Positions 1 through 15,100 of a DNA stretch of 64,000 nucleotides are shown in pieces. Origin of the DNA: Pecten maximus (taxonomy: Eukaryota); the NCBI RefSeq assembly GCF_902652985.1, contig NC_047018.1, positions 16,492,001 through 16,556,000 of the forward strand. Direction: 5' to 3'. Position numbers and translations under genes: made by a program. A model generated the notes under the pieces. The model saw nothing but the letters and a program-made list of their open reading frames with translations, made no database searches and was not told the origin of the DNA. Positions within the stretch are counted from its first letter, which is position 1. Every line of letters starts with the position of its first letter.

Positions 1-1439
1 CTGGAGCACTATGTAGCAAACCCTCAGTGGAACACATAGATTATAGCCGTAACGTGTAAACAATTAGATAATATCTATAGAGATCTACAGAGAAATCAGA
101 TCTTACAGAAATGTTTTTTGCATAGATTCTGTAAAATTCCTATTGGAATGGACGGTCAACTACTGAAAAAACATCAATACATTTTTTTCAGAAAGAAAGG
201 CACAATCACATAAATCTATTTTATATCAGTAACCAATGAACTGATCATGATTGAACATCAGTTTAATAATTAATCCTTGAAATCTTGTGTTCTTAATCAG
301 CAGCTTAAAGTTGTATTTGAGCAGGTCTTAACATCATCCAAGATTCTGTACTCGAGTACAAGAAACACAGGACCTATTTACACATTAGCATTAACTAGTA
401 TTTTTAAGTGATAAAGCTGAGTTGGAATGACATACACACAATATTCTATAATTTTGTAATAGCTAACTTTGAAAAAAAAATTCTGGCGTACCAGTTACAG
501 TTAGTGGCTAGTTCATTAGGACAAGTTACTATTTACAAAGGCAAGAATACACATCTCCTACAGGCTATGTTAGAAATCAACAAAACCTAGCTATCTAGCA
601 TGTTTATGTATATAATGGCACAGACATCATTGGTAGGATTTGTTTGTATTTTCTGGCAAGTTCTGTTTACGTTTGTTTATTCTGTATAAAATCAAAGAAA
701 ATGGCCGGATACACATTTGACAAAAGGTAACTATTTAAAACTGGATAAATGTTGTTTTATGTAATATTACTTTCTTTTTTTTCTTTCTCTACTAAAACAA
801 ACTTTCTGTTTAGGCACAAATATTTATCTTTATTAAGTGACTAACAATCTGAAATGTAATTATCAATCCTGACTATTTAAGCAACACAATTATGGAAAGT
901 TAGGCTGTCTTTTTGTAAGTTTTGTTTTAAAGCTCGGAACTACAAAATTTTGGCATTTTACACACTCCAACTTGGGTGATTATATAAGGTAAATTTTGTT
1001 AAGAACACTTTTTCAGTGAGTAAAATCTGTCAGTCTCATTAAGACTTGTTCTGACCACACAAAGTCAGAATGCTGAGTTTGGGGTTTACTAAAACCAAAC
1101 TAAAACTATTGCCAAAAAGTTGGCATGGGAAGAGTGACAGCAAGATCATGTAGTTTTTTTGTGACTGATGGTGAAAACAATGTCTTTCAGATTCTCATTA
1201 TTTTTCACCCTGAACTTTATGCAGGTACAATTTTATGTAATTTATAACACGGCACAAGTGTAACCTTGTTCATATAACCAATGTTATTTTGAATTTAGTC
1301 TCACATGTTGTCTTTTTTAACAGGGGAACATATTGTCTACTTTACTTAAAGTCTGTGTTGTTTTTTTTAAATTCAATTTGGTCCAATGCTATGATTTGCT
1401 GAATGTGATAATAAATGTTTTGTAAAAGACCTGAAGCAC

Positions 1440-1740
1440 AACATTATTCAATCTGACCTTGATGACCGGTATCTGCTTGAACAAATCATTATTCAATCTG
1501 ACCTTGATGACCGGTATCTGCTTGAACAAATCATTATTCAATCTGACCTTGATGACCGGTATCTATAGCATTTTACACACAGCATTATTTAATCCAAGCT
1601 TGATTGACCGGTATCTATAGCATTTTACACACAGCATTATTTAATCTGACCTTGATGACCGGTACCTATAGCATTTTACATACAGCATTATTTAATTTGA
1701 ACTTTACGACCGGTACGTATACCTATAGCATTTTACATAC
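1440..1740. repeat. Short tandem repeat (45-bp units changing to ~59-bp units) in the probable Rab23 3'UTR
   Basis: attattcaatctgaccttgatgaccggtatct core repeated ~6 times with two alternative tails. Confidence 0.85.
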
Positions 1741-1929
1741 TTCAAATCACAAAATACATTGAAACAAAACAGTGAGTAGAGTTACTGGTCCACAAACAAT
1801 GAACACTTCAGAAGCTCGTTGTGAAGGAACCTCTTCTCTTGATTGGCTCCTGGATGTAGTCACATGATCAGAAGACTCCAGGTGTACAATAGGTCTATCA
1901 CTTCCTTAGTAACATTTACAATCATGGTT

Positions 1930-2153
1930 CTATAATATAACACACTTTGTAGTCACTATTGCTTTCTTGCCCTGTGTCCTCCGTTTGCTGGGTTCCAGTT
2001 TAATTGTGGTATCCTCACCGTTTCGCATTTTAAATCGATGTTTGTGAGAAGCTTTACCATTTCCAGTTTTTTTGTTTTTATTTTTTGAACTGTCTTTATC
2101 CCTGGAATGATTAGTTATACCTCCGCTATCCATTAAACCTGAAACAAACAAAC
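1930..2153 (-). CDS. RAB23: Rab23 last coding exon (two in-frame acceptors, exon starts 2153 or 2138)
   Basis: (G)[LFVSG]LMDSGGITNHSRDK...TIKLEPSKRRTQGKKAIVTTKCVIL*; basic tail plus CAAX box; TAG at 1930-1932. Confidence 0.9.
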
Positions 2154-5100
2154 CTGAGCTAAGCAAAACTATCATATAAAGTAAAACTACCATATAAACT
2201 ACCATATAAAGTAAAACTACCATATAAAGTAAAACTACCATATAAACTACCATATAAACTACCATATAAAGTAAAACTACCATATAAAGTAAAACTACCA
2301 TATAAACTACCATATAAAGTAAAACTACCATATAAACTTCCTTATAAAGTAAAACTACCATATAAACTACCATATAAAGTAAAACTACCATATAAACTTC
2401 CTTATAAAGTAAAACTACCATATAAACTACCATATAAAGTAAAACTACCATATAAACTACCATATAAAGTAAAACTACCATATAAACTACCATATAAACT
2501 ACCATATAAAGTAAAACTACCATATAAAGTAAAACTACCATATAAACTACCATATAAAGTAAAACTACCATATAAACTACCATATAAACTTCCTTATAAA
2601 GTAAAACTACCATATAAACTACCATATAAAGTAAAACTACCATATAAACTACCATATAAAGTAAAACTACCATATAAACTACCATATAATGTAAAACTTC
2701 CCTATAAAGTAAAACTACTATATAAAGTAAAACTACCATATAAACTACCCTATAAAGTAAAACTACTATATAAAGTAAAACTACCATATAAACTACCATA
2801 TAAAGTAAAACTACCATATAAAGTAAAACTACCATATAAACTACCATATAAAGTAAAACTACCATATAAACTACCATACAAACTACCATATAAACTACCA
2901 TATAAAGTAAAACTACCATATAAAGTAAAACTACCATATAAACTACCATATAATGTAAAACTTCCCTATAAAGTAAAACTACCATATAAACTACCATATT
3001 AAGTAAAACTACCATATAAAGTAAAACTACCATATAAACTACCATATAAAGTAAAACTTCCCTATAAAGTAAAACTACCATATAAACTACCATATAAAGT
3101 AAAACTACCATATAAACTACCATACAAACTACCATATAAACTACCATATAAAGTAAAACTACCATATAAAGTAAAACTACCATATAAACTACCATATAAA
3201 GTTAAACTACCATATAAACTACCATATAAACTACCATATAAAGTAAAACTACCATATAAAGTAAAACTACCTTATAAACTACCATATAAAGTAAAACTAC
3301 CAGATAAACTACCATACAAACTACCATATAAAGTAAAACTACCATATAAACTACCATATAAACTACCTTATCAAGTAAAACTACCATATAAAGAAAAACT
3401 ACCAGATAAACTACCATACAAACTACCATATAAACTACCATATAAAGTAAAACTACCATATAAACTACCATATAAACTACCTTATCAAGTAAAACTACTA
3501 TATAAACTACCATATAAAGTAAAACTACCATATAAACTACCATAAAAAGTAAAACTACCAGATAAACTACCATACTAACTACCATATAAACTACCATATA
3601 AACTACCATATAAAGTAAAACTTCCTTATAAAGTAAAACTACCATATAAACTACAATATAAAGTAAAACTACCATATAAACTACAATATAAAGTAAAACT
3701 ACCATATAAACTACCATATAAACTACCATATAAACTACCCTACCATATAAACTACCATATAAACTACCATATAAAGTAAAACTACCATATAAACTACAAT
3801 ATAAAGTAAAAATACAAAATACAGTCAAACTATATATATAGCTACATGTACCATACTTTAATATATTCGAATCTTAATATAATGACATGCAATTTGATAA
3901 ACAGAAAACATCATCAAATCATACAGATATATATTACCTTGTTAGGTGTTACAGACTTCTGAGCCATCTAAGCAACAATACGCCAACATGACACCAAAAA
4001 CAGTTGTAAATGCTAGTACTGATATAAATGTGATGCATTCACAATGTCATATATACAGTTGGTGATAATATACCTTGTCCAATGGAGATTTTTGGCTCTG
4101 GTTCTTCCACTTCACAATTGATTTGGTCCAAATACTTCTCGGAAAGGTACCGGAAAACTGAAATCATAATACTGAGGTTAGAGTGTTGATGATACTAGAA
4201 TGTTAACAGATAAACTTCATATAGAAAGCAGTCCTAATGCAAGATTTATGTGAATTTTCACCACCTGTTAACTTTGTCCACCCAGTAAGAATGTAGTGAA
4301 AGTCCCTGCCCCTCTCCATTCTTCCCTTCTCTCATCTCTCCTTCCTGGTCCCTTTCTTCTCTCGCTCCTTCCTTGCACCTTTCTCACCCCTCCCCTTCAC
4401 CTCTCTCACACCTCCGCTGCACCTCTCACCCCTACCCTACACCTCTCTCATTCCTCCCCTCCCCTTCCCATCCCCTCTCTCATTTTTCCCTTTTCCCACC
4501 CCTCCCTTATCTCTCTATATCTCACCCTCGTCCACATTGAGATTCTCCTTGACCGACGTCCGGTAGAACCGTAGTCGCAGCCTCTTCGCTAGGTCCTCTG
4601 CCTCTTCACTGCAACAATTTCAAAACATCTTCTGTGTAGCAACAATAGTGTATATGATAACCTGTACTATATAGTTCCTAATCTTTATTTATGTGATTCA
4701 GTTTTGCAACAAATGTAAATGTATTCCAAAATTTGGCAGTTTTAAGAAAAGTCAGAAATACACAAATACCTTTTGTACAATAGAATTAAGGTCAGAATCA
4801 ACCTGTTGATGACTTTAAATTCACTGGTTGATTTAGATAGTTAAATCTACAATGACAATTTGAATACAAATGACAACCATTATATAGTTCTTGACTTACT
4901 CATTCACCACTGTGTCATCGATTAGGTCAATCTTATTCTGGATAATGACCATCCCGATCTCCCCTACCTCATCCTCAACCTGAAAGGTAGACAAGGTTAG
5001 ATAGTGATTACAGGGAAATTAATGATTAAATCAAAGGTATGGATACCAGACAGTAGATAAAAAATACAGAAACAGGAATCAATCTGTTTGTACCAATACC

Positions 5101-8100
5101 CAATCACCACTAATCTGTTTGTCCCACATACAAACTAGCCATCACTAATCTGTTTGTCCCAGATACAAACTAGTCACCACTAATCTGTTTGCCCCACATA
5201 CAAACTAGTCACCACTAATCTGTTTGTCCCACATACAAACTAGTCACCACTAATCTGTTTGTACAAATACCCAATCAACACTAATCTGTTTGTCCCACAT
5301 ACAAACTAGCCACCACTAATCTGTTTGTCCCACATACAAACTAGCCACCACTAATCTGTTTGTCCCACATACAAACTTGTCACCACTAATCTGTTTGTCC
5401 CTCATACAAACTTGTCACCACTAATCTGTTTGTCCCACATACAAACTTGTCATCACTAATCTGTTTGTCCCTCATACAAACTTGTCACCACTAATCTGTT
5501 TGTCCCACATACAAACTAGCCATCACTAATCTGTTTGTCCCTCATACAAACTAGCCATCACTAATCTGTTTGTCCCTCATACAAACTTGTCACCACTAAT
5601 CTGTTTGTCCCTCATACAAACTAGCCATCACTAATCTGTTTGTCCCTCATACAAACTAGCCATCACTAATCTGTTTGTCCCTCATACAAACTTGTCACCA
5701 CTAATCTGTTTGTCCCACACATACAAACTAGTCACCACTAATCTGTTTGTCCCACATACAAACTAGCCACCACTAATCTGTTTGTCCCTCATACAAACTT
5801 GTCACCACTAATCTGTTTGTCCCTCATACAAACTTGCCACCACTAATCTGTTTGTCCAACATACAAACTTGTCATCACTAATCTGTTTGTCCCTCATACA
5901 AACTTGTCACCACTAATCTGTTTGTCCCTCATACAAACTTGCCACCACTAATCTGTTTGTCCAACATACAAACTTGTCATCACTAATCTGTTTGTCCCTC
6001 ATACAAACTTGTCACCACTAATCTGTTTGTCCCTCATACAAACTAGCCATCACTAATCTGTTTGTCCCTCATACAAACTAGCCATCACTAATCTGTTTGT
6101 CCCACACATACAAACTAGTCACCACTAATCTGTTTGTCCCACATACAAACTAGCCATCACTAATCTGTTTGTCCCTCATACAAACTAGCCATCACTAATC
6201 TGTTTGTCCCTCATACAAACTTGTCACCACTAATCTGTTTGTCCCACACATACAAACTAGTCACCACTAATCTGTTTGTCCCACATACAAACTAGCCACC
6301 ACTAATCTGTTTGTCCCTCATACAAACTTGTCACCACTAATCTGTTTGTCCCTCATACAAACTTGTCATCACTAATCTGTTTGTCCCACATACAAACTTG
6401 TCACCACTAATCTGTTTGTCCCACACATACAAACTAGTCACCACTAATCTGTTTGTCCCACATACAAACTAGCCACCACTAATCTGTTTGTCCCTCATAC
6501 AAACTTGTCACCACTAATCTGTTTGTCCCTCATACAAACTTGTCATCACTAATCTGTTTGTCCCACATACAAACTTGTCACCACTAATCTGTTTGTCTCT
6601 CATACAAACTAGTCACCACTTATCTGTTTGTCCCACACATACAAACTAGTCACCACTTATCTGTTTGTCCCACACATACAAACTAGTCACCACTTATCTG
6701 TTTGTCCCACACATACAAACTAGTCACCACTTATCTGTTTGTCCCACAAATACAAACTAGTCACCACTTATCTGTTTGTCCCACAAATACAAACTAGTCA
6801 CCACTAATCTGTTTGTCCCTCATACAAACTAGTCACCACTTATCTGTTTGTCCCACAAATACAAACTAGTCACCACTTATCTGTTTGTCCCACAAATACT
6901 ATGTTTCAGCCAAAGTTACTTCAGTCACTATAATTGGTCCACTATATCTAGTCCCTGTTTGTGGACGGCAAATTTTATCTTCTGTACACTGCTATATTAA
7001 GTCATCTCATGCTGCAGTTGTATTTATTTGTTAGAGGATGATAGGGTCATTAAGACAGTCCCACACCTATATGTACCTGTCTGCATAGGTAGGTGCATGA
7101 AATCAATAAATGTATCACAAACTCCAGATTTTATCGAAAGATGTTCATTTCCTATACCTGGAAGAAATTGTACCCATGTCTACTGCAATTCAATGAAAAT
7201 GTTACTAGTATTTCATTGTTTCACAGCTACAGACTTACAGTTTGCTTTTTTAAATTTGTAACTCCTCCAGAATTTATTTCAAATGATTTCCCATAAGTAA
7301 ACTACCTTTTTCTTCCATGATTCCACAGCTTCAAATGAATCTCGGTCAACTGTAGAAAACGCCAGCACGCAGGCCTGTGCTCCTAAAACAGACAATCGAC
7401 AATAAGAAAAAGATCAATTCTACTTTAATCTGACTTGATAGGAAAAGAGAAACAATTGCTATCAAACCTTTGAATTGATTAAAATACATACATGGAGTTT
7501 TATATTTGTAGGTGGATACAAAACAATATAATATGAGGAAATCAATATTTTGTGCTGGGAATATTAGTAGAACAGGATTTACCAAAGCAGGTACGTATTA
7601 ATTACTGAGAACATCACAGTGGGATCAGATTAGCCCGACACCTGGTGATAATCTGTATGGTGCTGTGGTCCGTCTAGAAGATTAGGTCCTGCGGCTCTCA
7701 TATTCAAAACATAAGTCAGCTAATCAGAGGGTTCTTTTAAGTGTGCAGGTTAGAAAGTCACCTGCTGGGCCTAGAGTTAAACTCATTAACTCCTAATTGA
7801 GACATATATATATATACTAGCCATGTAAATGGGTCACGTATAGAGCTGGACTTCTAATGACCTTGTGTAAGAATGTGGCATTAAAAAGTTAGACCAGGCA
7901 CATATCAACACCAAATTACATGTTGTATCCAGGTCTTACAGATGTTTTAATTTAAAGTCACACTAAACAAGATCTGGAGAGCCAAGGGCATCACTGATCA
8001 ATTACAACCACACCAGATCTTGTACAGAGTTATATATCAACTTAGAATTTGTTTAAAATAGTAGCTTATAGATGCCCCTAACACTAACATGACAGTGGGG

Positions 8101-11100
8101 ATTCTGACAAAGGAATCAGCAGCCCTTTGGTGTTATTTTATGTACTTATTATAACGTTGGTGATATAAGGTTAGATACTCCCTGACCTATCACATACATC
8201 ATATTAAATTCAATATAATTGTACATAATTGTTGTTTATAATGATATAATAAATCTAGGTGTTAATTACACCAGACTGCCTGTATCAATACTTGGTACAA
8301 AATATCAATAAATGCTCAGTTATCAATAAAATTAGTGCTCCACTACCGTATTTGACTGTAGATTACGCTGTTACCATATTCTTATAAAAAGAATGTGACT
8401 GAAATGAAAATATACAATAACAATCAAGATTTGGGAGCAGTGTACATTAGTATGACATTGTTTGGACAATAAAGAATGAGACACTTTTACACTTGTATTA
8501 AAACAGATGATGATATGGGACTATCATGTCAATGGCAAGACTTATTAAGATTAAGAAATTCACAAAGCATAGAATGTACATGACTACTTTGTCCAAAAAT
8601 GTGACAGACTATTTACTTACATATATATAAGTATATGGTTGGGGTGTTTATAAGGTCAAATGTGTGATTAAAATATTACCAATAATGGCCCGGTTATTGA
8701 TTTAAACACTCCCCTATAAACAGCTATTGGGTTTGTTATACTTCGTCAGAATCTGTTACACTGATGTGTCATTGCCTTACATATACTGAGTCTGTATACC
8801 TTAACACTGATACTAAATTTAACACCACCGATTAGCTGCAGGAGCTCTGCGGGAGATCAGTGATGACTGCAGCATTATCCCCCTTGTGACACGCAAACAG
8901 ATCTAGATGTATCTCAGAACTTGAGTGTTTTCCTTTGGGTCCGGCCAATCCCAGGACTTGTATGATTTCTACACTGATTTGACACATATATACATTGTAC
9001 TGTATGTATCAAATTAAAGTATTTAATTTATCAGTGTAATATATGGGTCCTGTCTCCAATTTATCCATTTCATTCCATTATTCTTCATATCATAATTCAA
9101 ATTAAAACGAAACATTAAGTAGATGGGTAACTGTGGATTACTGATGGTTTAATGCTATTTGTCCCCTGTGTGTGAATGGTAATTATATACCTTGTGTATA
9201 CTACTTTACATATGGACTATGGCAGGTAAGTCCTATTTTAATTGTGGTGGTTATTCAAGGTGACAAAAGGTCAAATTTGATAGCGAAATTAATGACCCAT
9301 AATAAACAATAGGTAAATCTTTACACCTGCAGCCCCCGGAGAGCGGATTAATCCTCGGGTATATAGGTGGCACTGCCTGTTGACACAGAGAGGCTACATT
9401 CATTACTAGGATTACAGTATTCAGTTGAAAAATCACAATACACTGTTTGTTTGTAAATGGTGTAAGTAACAATGCTAGGGGAACTTCTCCCACCAATGTC
9501 TTGTGTACATTGTTTGATAACGGAGAAATATTTACCTACCAGTTCTATACATTTAAACATTCAAATTGGAACCAAGTAAAAATGACTAACATGGGTCTGC
9601 CATGTCTGTGTTTTAGACAACAAGACCTATATATATGTAAGTCTGCCATGTCTGTGTTTTGGACAATAAGACCTATATATATGTAAGTCTGCCATGTCTG
9701 TGTTTTAGACAATAAGACCTATATATATATATCAGTCTACCATGTCTGTGTTTTAGACAATAAGACCTATATATATATATGTAAGTCTGCCATGTCTGTG
9801 TTTTAGACAATAAGACCTATATATATATATCAGTCTACCATGTCTGTGTTTTAGACAATAAGACCTATATATATCAGTCTGCCATGTCTGTGTTTTAGAC
9901 AATCAGACCTATATATATATGTAAGTCTGCCATGTCTGTGTTTTAGACAATAAGACCTATATATATATATATATCAGTCTACCATGTCTTTGTTTTAGAC
10001 ATCATTGTATATTTACAAGCTAGCGCGCTTCATGGAATTTGCCTCTGTCCAGTTGGCATTCATATTGACTATGAATGCCAACTGAAACTATTAGTCTGCT
10101 ATGTCTGCATGACTATCACACAGGACTAAAACACAGTTAAGCAAAGTTATGGGATTAAATAATCAAATTTAACCGATAGTTTGAATTGATATAGAGTAAA
10201 TTAAGTAGAGGTATGATAATGAATTTAACCGTTACTTTGGTATAGAGTATATTAAGTAGAGGTACACTTTAAACATAATTATAGGATCTACATGTTACAC
10301 ATATCTAATGCTGTAGTGTTACATGTATCCTAATATCTGATAAACCTACCAGATATCATTGTCAAATGCCATTGCTCATTATATGACCACTATATGACAC
10401 CATATAACTATAAGCATATACAGAAATCCAGATATTGATGGAGACTATACCTGGCAACTAATATGTGTATAAATGAATCTATCAATATTGATAATTTCTG
10501 TAGTTTAAATTTAATAACTTAATATAAGGTTCTACATATTAGGCACAAGTGAAGAAATGTAAATTCAAACTTACTGGCCTGTGGTTTAAAGCCATCTTTA
10601 TTACATCACTTTATGCTGTTCATTTTTTTGCTATTAATGGGATCTTAATGAATATTATAGGCAGTGTTTTTTTTTTCAAAATGAGGATCTAATAATCACT
10701 GGTGTGACAAATTGAGAATCTCACTCTAATTATTGGCAAGTATAGTATATTTTATGTGCAGAGGCAACCTGAAATACAATGCTTAATGGATCTGTTCACC
10801 TGGGCCCAACATTGATACAGATAAGGATCACACTGTTACATCAGAACCATGTTGTAATGATAGTGAGGTTACATCAGAACAATGTTGTAGAGACAGTGAG
10901 TTTACATCAGAACAATGTTGTAGAGATAGTGAGGTTACATCAGAACAATGTTGTAGAGACAGTGAGGTTACATCAGAACAATGTTGTATAGACTGAGGTT
11001 ACATCAGAACAATGTTGTATAGACTGAGGTTACATCAGAACAATGTTGTAGAGAGACAGTGAGGTTACATCAGAACAATGTTGTATAGACTGAGGTTACA

Positions 11101-12133
11101 TCAGTGCAATGTTGTAGAGAGACAGTGAGGTTACATCAGAACAATGTTGTAATGACAGTGAGGTTACATCAGAACAATGTTGTAGAGATAGTGAGGTTAC
11201 ATCAGAACAATGTTGTAGAGACTGAGGTAACATCAAAACAATGTTGTATAGACTGAGGTTACATCAGAACAATGTTGTAGAGACGGTGAGGTTACATCAA
11301 AACAATGTTGTATAGACTGAGGTTACATCAGAACAATGTTGTAGAGACGGTGAGGTTACATCAGAACAATGTTGTAATGACAGTGAGGTTACATCAGAAC
11401 AATGTTGTAGAGACAGTGAGGTTACATCAGAACAATGTTGTAGAGACAGTGAGGTTACATCAGAACAATGTTGTAATGATAGTGAGGTTACATCAGAACA
11501 ATGTTGTAGAGACTGAGGTTACATCAGTACAATGTTGTAGTGATAGTGAGGTTACATCAGTACAATGTTGTAGAGATAGTGAGGTTACATCAGAACAATG
11601 TTGTAGAGATAGTGAGGTTACATCAGAACAATGTTGTAGAGACTGAGGTTACATCAGAACAATGTTGTAGAGACAGTGAGGTTACGTCAGAACAATGTTG
11701 TAGAGATAGTGAGGTTACATCAGAACAATGTTGTAGAGATAGTGAGGTTACATCAGAACAATGTTGTAGAGATAGTGAGGTAACATCAGAACAATGTTGT
11801 AGAGACAGTGAGGTTACATCAGAACAATGTTGTAATGATAGTGAGGTTACATCAGAACAATGTTGTAGAGACTGAGGTTATATAATTACATCAGAACAAT
11901 GTTGTAGAGACAGTGAGGTTACATCAGAACAATGTTGTAATGATAGTGAGGTTACATCAGAACAATGTTGTAGAGATAGTGAACAAAGTTCAATCTTGAC
12001 CTTTAAATTGGCCTGGTTTGTAGTAGAGACATATCAACACTCCCCGACATCTCCCCCCCCCCCTCCCCTTCCCCCCTCCTCTAATTTGGTAATAGTGAAT
12101 TAGGTACAAGTGTATACAAATTGGAATTATGTA

Positions 12134-12164
<31 letters not shown>

Positions 12165-15100
12165 ATACCCAAATAGCCTCCTCTACATTTCCTTCCATAT
12201 ATGCATATACACTTCCAAATGTGAATACCCAATAGACTATGAAAATTACACAATTCTAATAAGTATATGCAATGATTTGGTTTATCTTAATACACAAACT
12301 TCTTTTCTGGAAGGCAAAGACTTTAGGAGACACAGTAATTGAGATATAAAGCGCTGTAGAGTTTTGTTTTTATGTGGTTTTGGTGTTTATACAGAACGAC
12401 ATGTAAAAACCACTAAAGTAATTTATGATGGTGTCATTCATGTTGGTTTTACCTCAAAATTCTTTAGTTATATGAAGTCATACAACATTGCATGTCCTCA
12501 TATTTAAATTATTCCACAGAGTTTGACCTTAATTACAGTAAGTCTAGCTTGGTGGCATTGAACAATGCCACAAAGTTTGGCCTTACAAAAAGCATCGGTA
12601 GCAGTGATTAATGCCGCAAAGTTTGGCCTTAACTCAGTAGTAAGCCTTAGTGGCACTGATCAAAGCCACAAAGTTTGGCCTTACCTCTATAGTAAGCCTT
12701 GGTGGCACTGATTAATGCCACTAAGTTTGGCCATACCTCTATAGTAAGCCTTGGTGGCACTGATTAATGCCACACATGTAGTACAGTTTGGCCTTACCTC
12801 TATAGTAAGCCTTGGTGCCACTGATCAATGCCACACATGTAGTACAGTTTGGCCTTACCTCTATAGTAAGACTTGGTGGCACTGATCAAAGCCACAAAGT
12901 TTGGCCTTACCTCTGTAGTAAGCCTTAGTGGCACTGATTAATGCCACTAAGTTTGGCCATACCTCTATAGGAAGCCTTGGTGGCACTGATTAATGCCACA
13001 CATGTAGTACCGTTTGGCCTTACCTCTATAGTAAGCCTTGGTGCCACTGATCAATGCCACACATGTAGTACAGTTTGGCCTTACCTCTATAGTAAGCCTT
13101 GGTGCCACTGATTAATGCCACACATGTAGTACAGTTTGGCCTTACCTCTATAGTAAGCCTTGGTGCCACTGATTAATGCCACAAAGTTTGGCCATACCTC
13201 TGTAGTAAGCCTTGGTGCCACTAATTAATGCCACACATGTAGTACAGTTTGGCCTTACCTCTATAGCAAGCCTTGGTGCCACTGATCATGCCACAAAGTT
13301 TGGCCTTACCTCTATAGTAAGCCTTAGTGCCACTGATCAACACCACAAAGTTTGGCCTTACCTCTATAGTAAGCCTTGGTGCCACTGATCAATGCCACAA
13401 AGTTTGGCCTTACCTCTATAGTAAGCCTTGGTGCCACTGATCAATGCCACAAAGTTTGGCCTTACCTCTGTAGTAAGACTTAGTGGCACTGATTAATGCC
13501 ACAAAATTAGGCCTTACCTCTGTAGTAAGCCTTAGTGCCACTGATCAACGCCACAAATTTTTACCTTACCTCTATAGTAAGCCTTGGTGGCACTGATCAA
13601 TGCCACAAAGTTTGGCCTTACCTCTAAAGTAAGCCTTGGTGCCACTGATTAATGCCACACATGTAGTACAGTTTGGCCTTACCTCTATAGTAAGCCTTGG
13701 TGCCACTGATTAATGCCACACATGTAGTACAGTTTGGCCTTACCTCTATAGTAAGTCTTGGTGCCACTGATCAATGCCACACATGTAGTACAGTTTGGCC
13801 TTACCTCTATAGTAAGCCTTAGTGCCACTGATCAACGCCACAAAGTTTGGCCTTACCTCTATAGTAAGCCTTGGTGGCACTGATCAATGCCACAAAGTTT
13901 GGCCTTACCTCTAAAGTAAGCCTTTGTGCCACTGATTAATGCCACAAAGTTTGGCCATTCCTCTATAGTAAGCCTTTGTGCCACTGATTAATACCACACA
14001 TGTAGTACAGTTTGGCCTTACCTCTAAAGTAAGCCTAAGTGCCACTGATCAACGCCACAAATTTTTCCCTTACCTCTATAGTAAGCCTTGGTGGCACTGA
14101 TCAATGCCACAAAGTTTGGCCTTACCTCTAAAGTAAGCCTTTGTGCCACTGATTAATGCCACAAAGTTTGGCCTTACCTCTAAAGTAAGCCTTTGTGCCA
14201 CTGATTAATGCCACAAAGTTTGGCCATACTTCTATAGTAAGCCTTTGTGCCACTGATCAATGCTACACATGTAGTACAGTTTGGCCTTACCTCTAAAGTA
14301 AGCCTTGGTGCCACTGATTAATGCCACACATGTAGTACAGTTTGGCCTTACCTCTATAGTAAGTCTTGGTGCCACTGATTAATGCCACACATGTAGTACA
14401 GTTTGGCCTTACCTCTATAGTAAGCCTTGGTGCCACTGATCAATGCCACACATGTAGTACAGTTTGGCCTTACCTCTATAGTAAGCCTTGGTGCCACTGA
14501 TCAATGCCACAAAGTTTGGCCTTACCTCTAAAGTAAGCCTTGGTGCCACTGATTAATGCCACACATGTAGTACAGTTTGGCCTTACCTCTATAGTAAGCC
14601 TTGGTGCCACTGATTAATGCCACACATGTAGTACAGTTTGGCCTTACCTCTGTAGTAAGCCTTAGTGGCACTGATTAATGCCACAAAGTTTGGCCATACC
14701 TCTATAGTAAGCCTTGGTGGCACTGATCAATGCCACACATGTAGTACAGTTTGGCCTTACCTCTATAGTAAGCCTTGGTGCCACTGATTAATGCCACACA
14801 TGTAGTACAGTTTGGCCTTACCTCTATAGTAAGCCTTGGTGCCACTTATCAATGCCACACATGTAGTACAGTTTGGCCTTACCTCTATAGTAAGCCTTGG
14901 TGCCACTGATCAATGCCACACATGTAGTACAGTTTGGCCTTACCTCTATAGTAAGCCTTGGTGCCACTGATCAATGCCACACATGTAGTACAGTTTGGCC
15001 TTACCTCTATAGTAAGCCTTGGTGCCACTGATCAATGCCACACATGTAGTACAGTTTGGCCTTACCTCTATAGTAAGCCTTGGTGCCACTGATTAATGCC

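Noticed and set aside
2154-3828. 421-aa and 208-aa MVVY/MVVLLY ORFs as standalone membrane-protein genes
   Set aside because: They are translations of a 12/18-bp minisatellite; only the distal ~70 codons are real and belong to the last Rab23 exon.
9595-10000. GTAAGT...ttttAG mini-intron motif in the repeat unit
   Set aside because: Only ~26 nt, antisense to Rab23, and no plus-strand gene supports it.
10779-11875. RLHQNNVVETV / EVTSEQCCRDS repeat ORFs
   Set aside because: 33-bp minisatellite with frequent 31/35-bp frameshifting units, antisense within a Rab23 intron.
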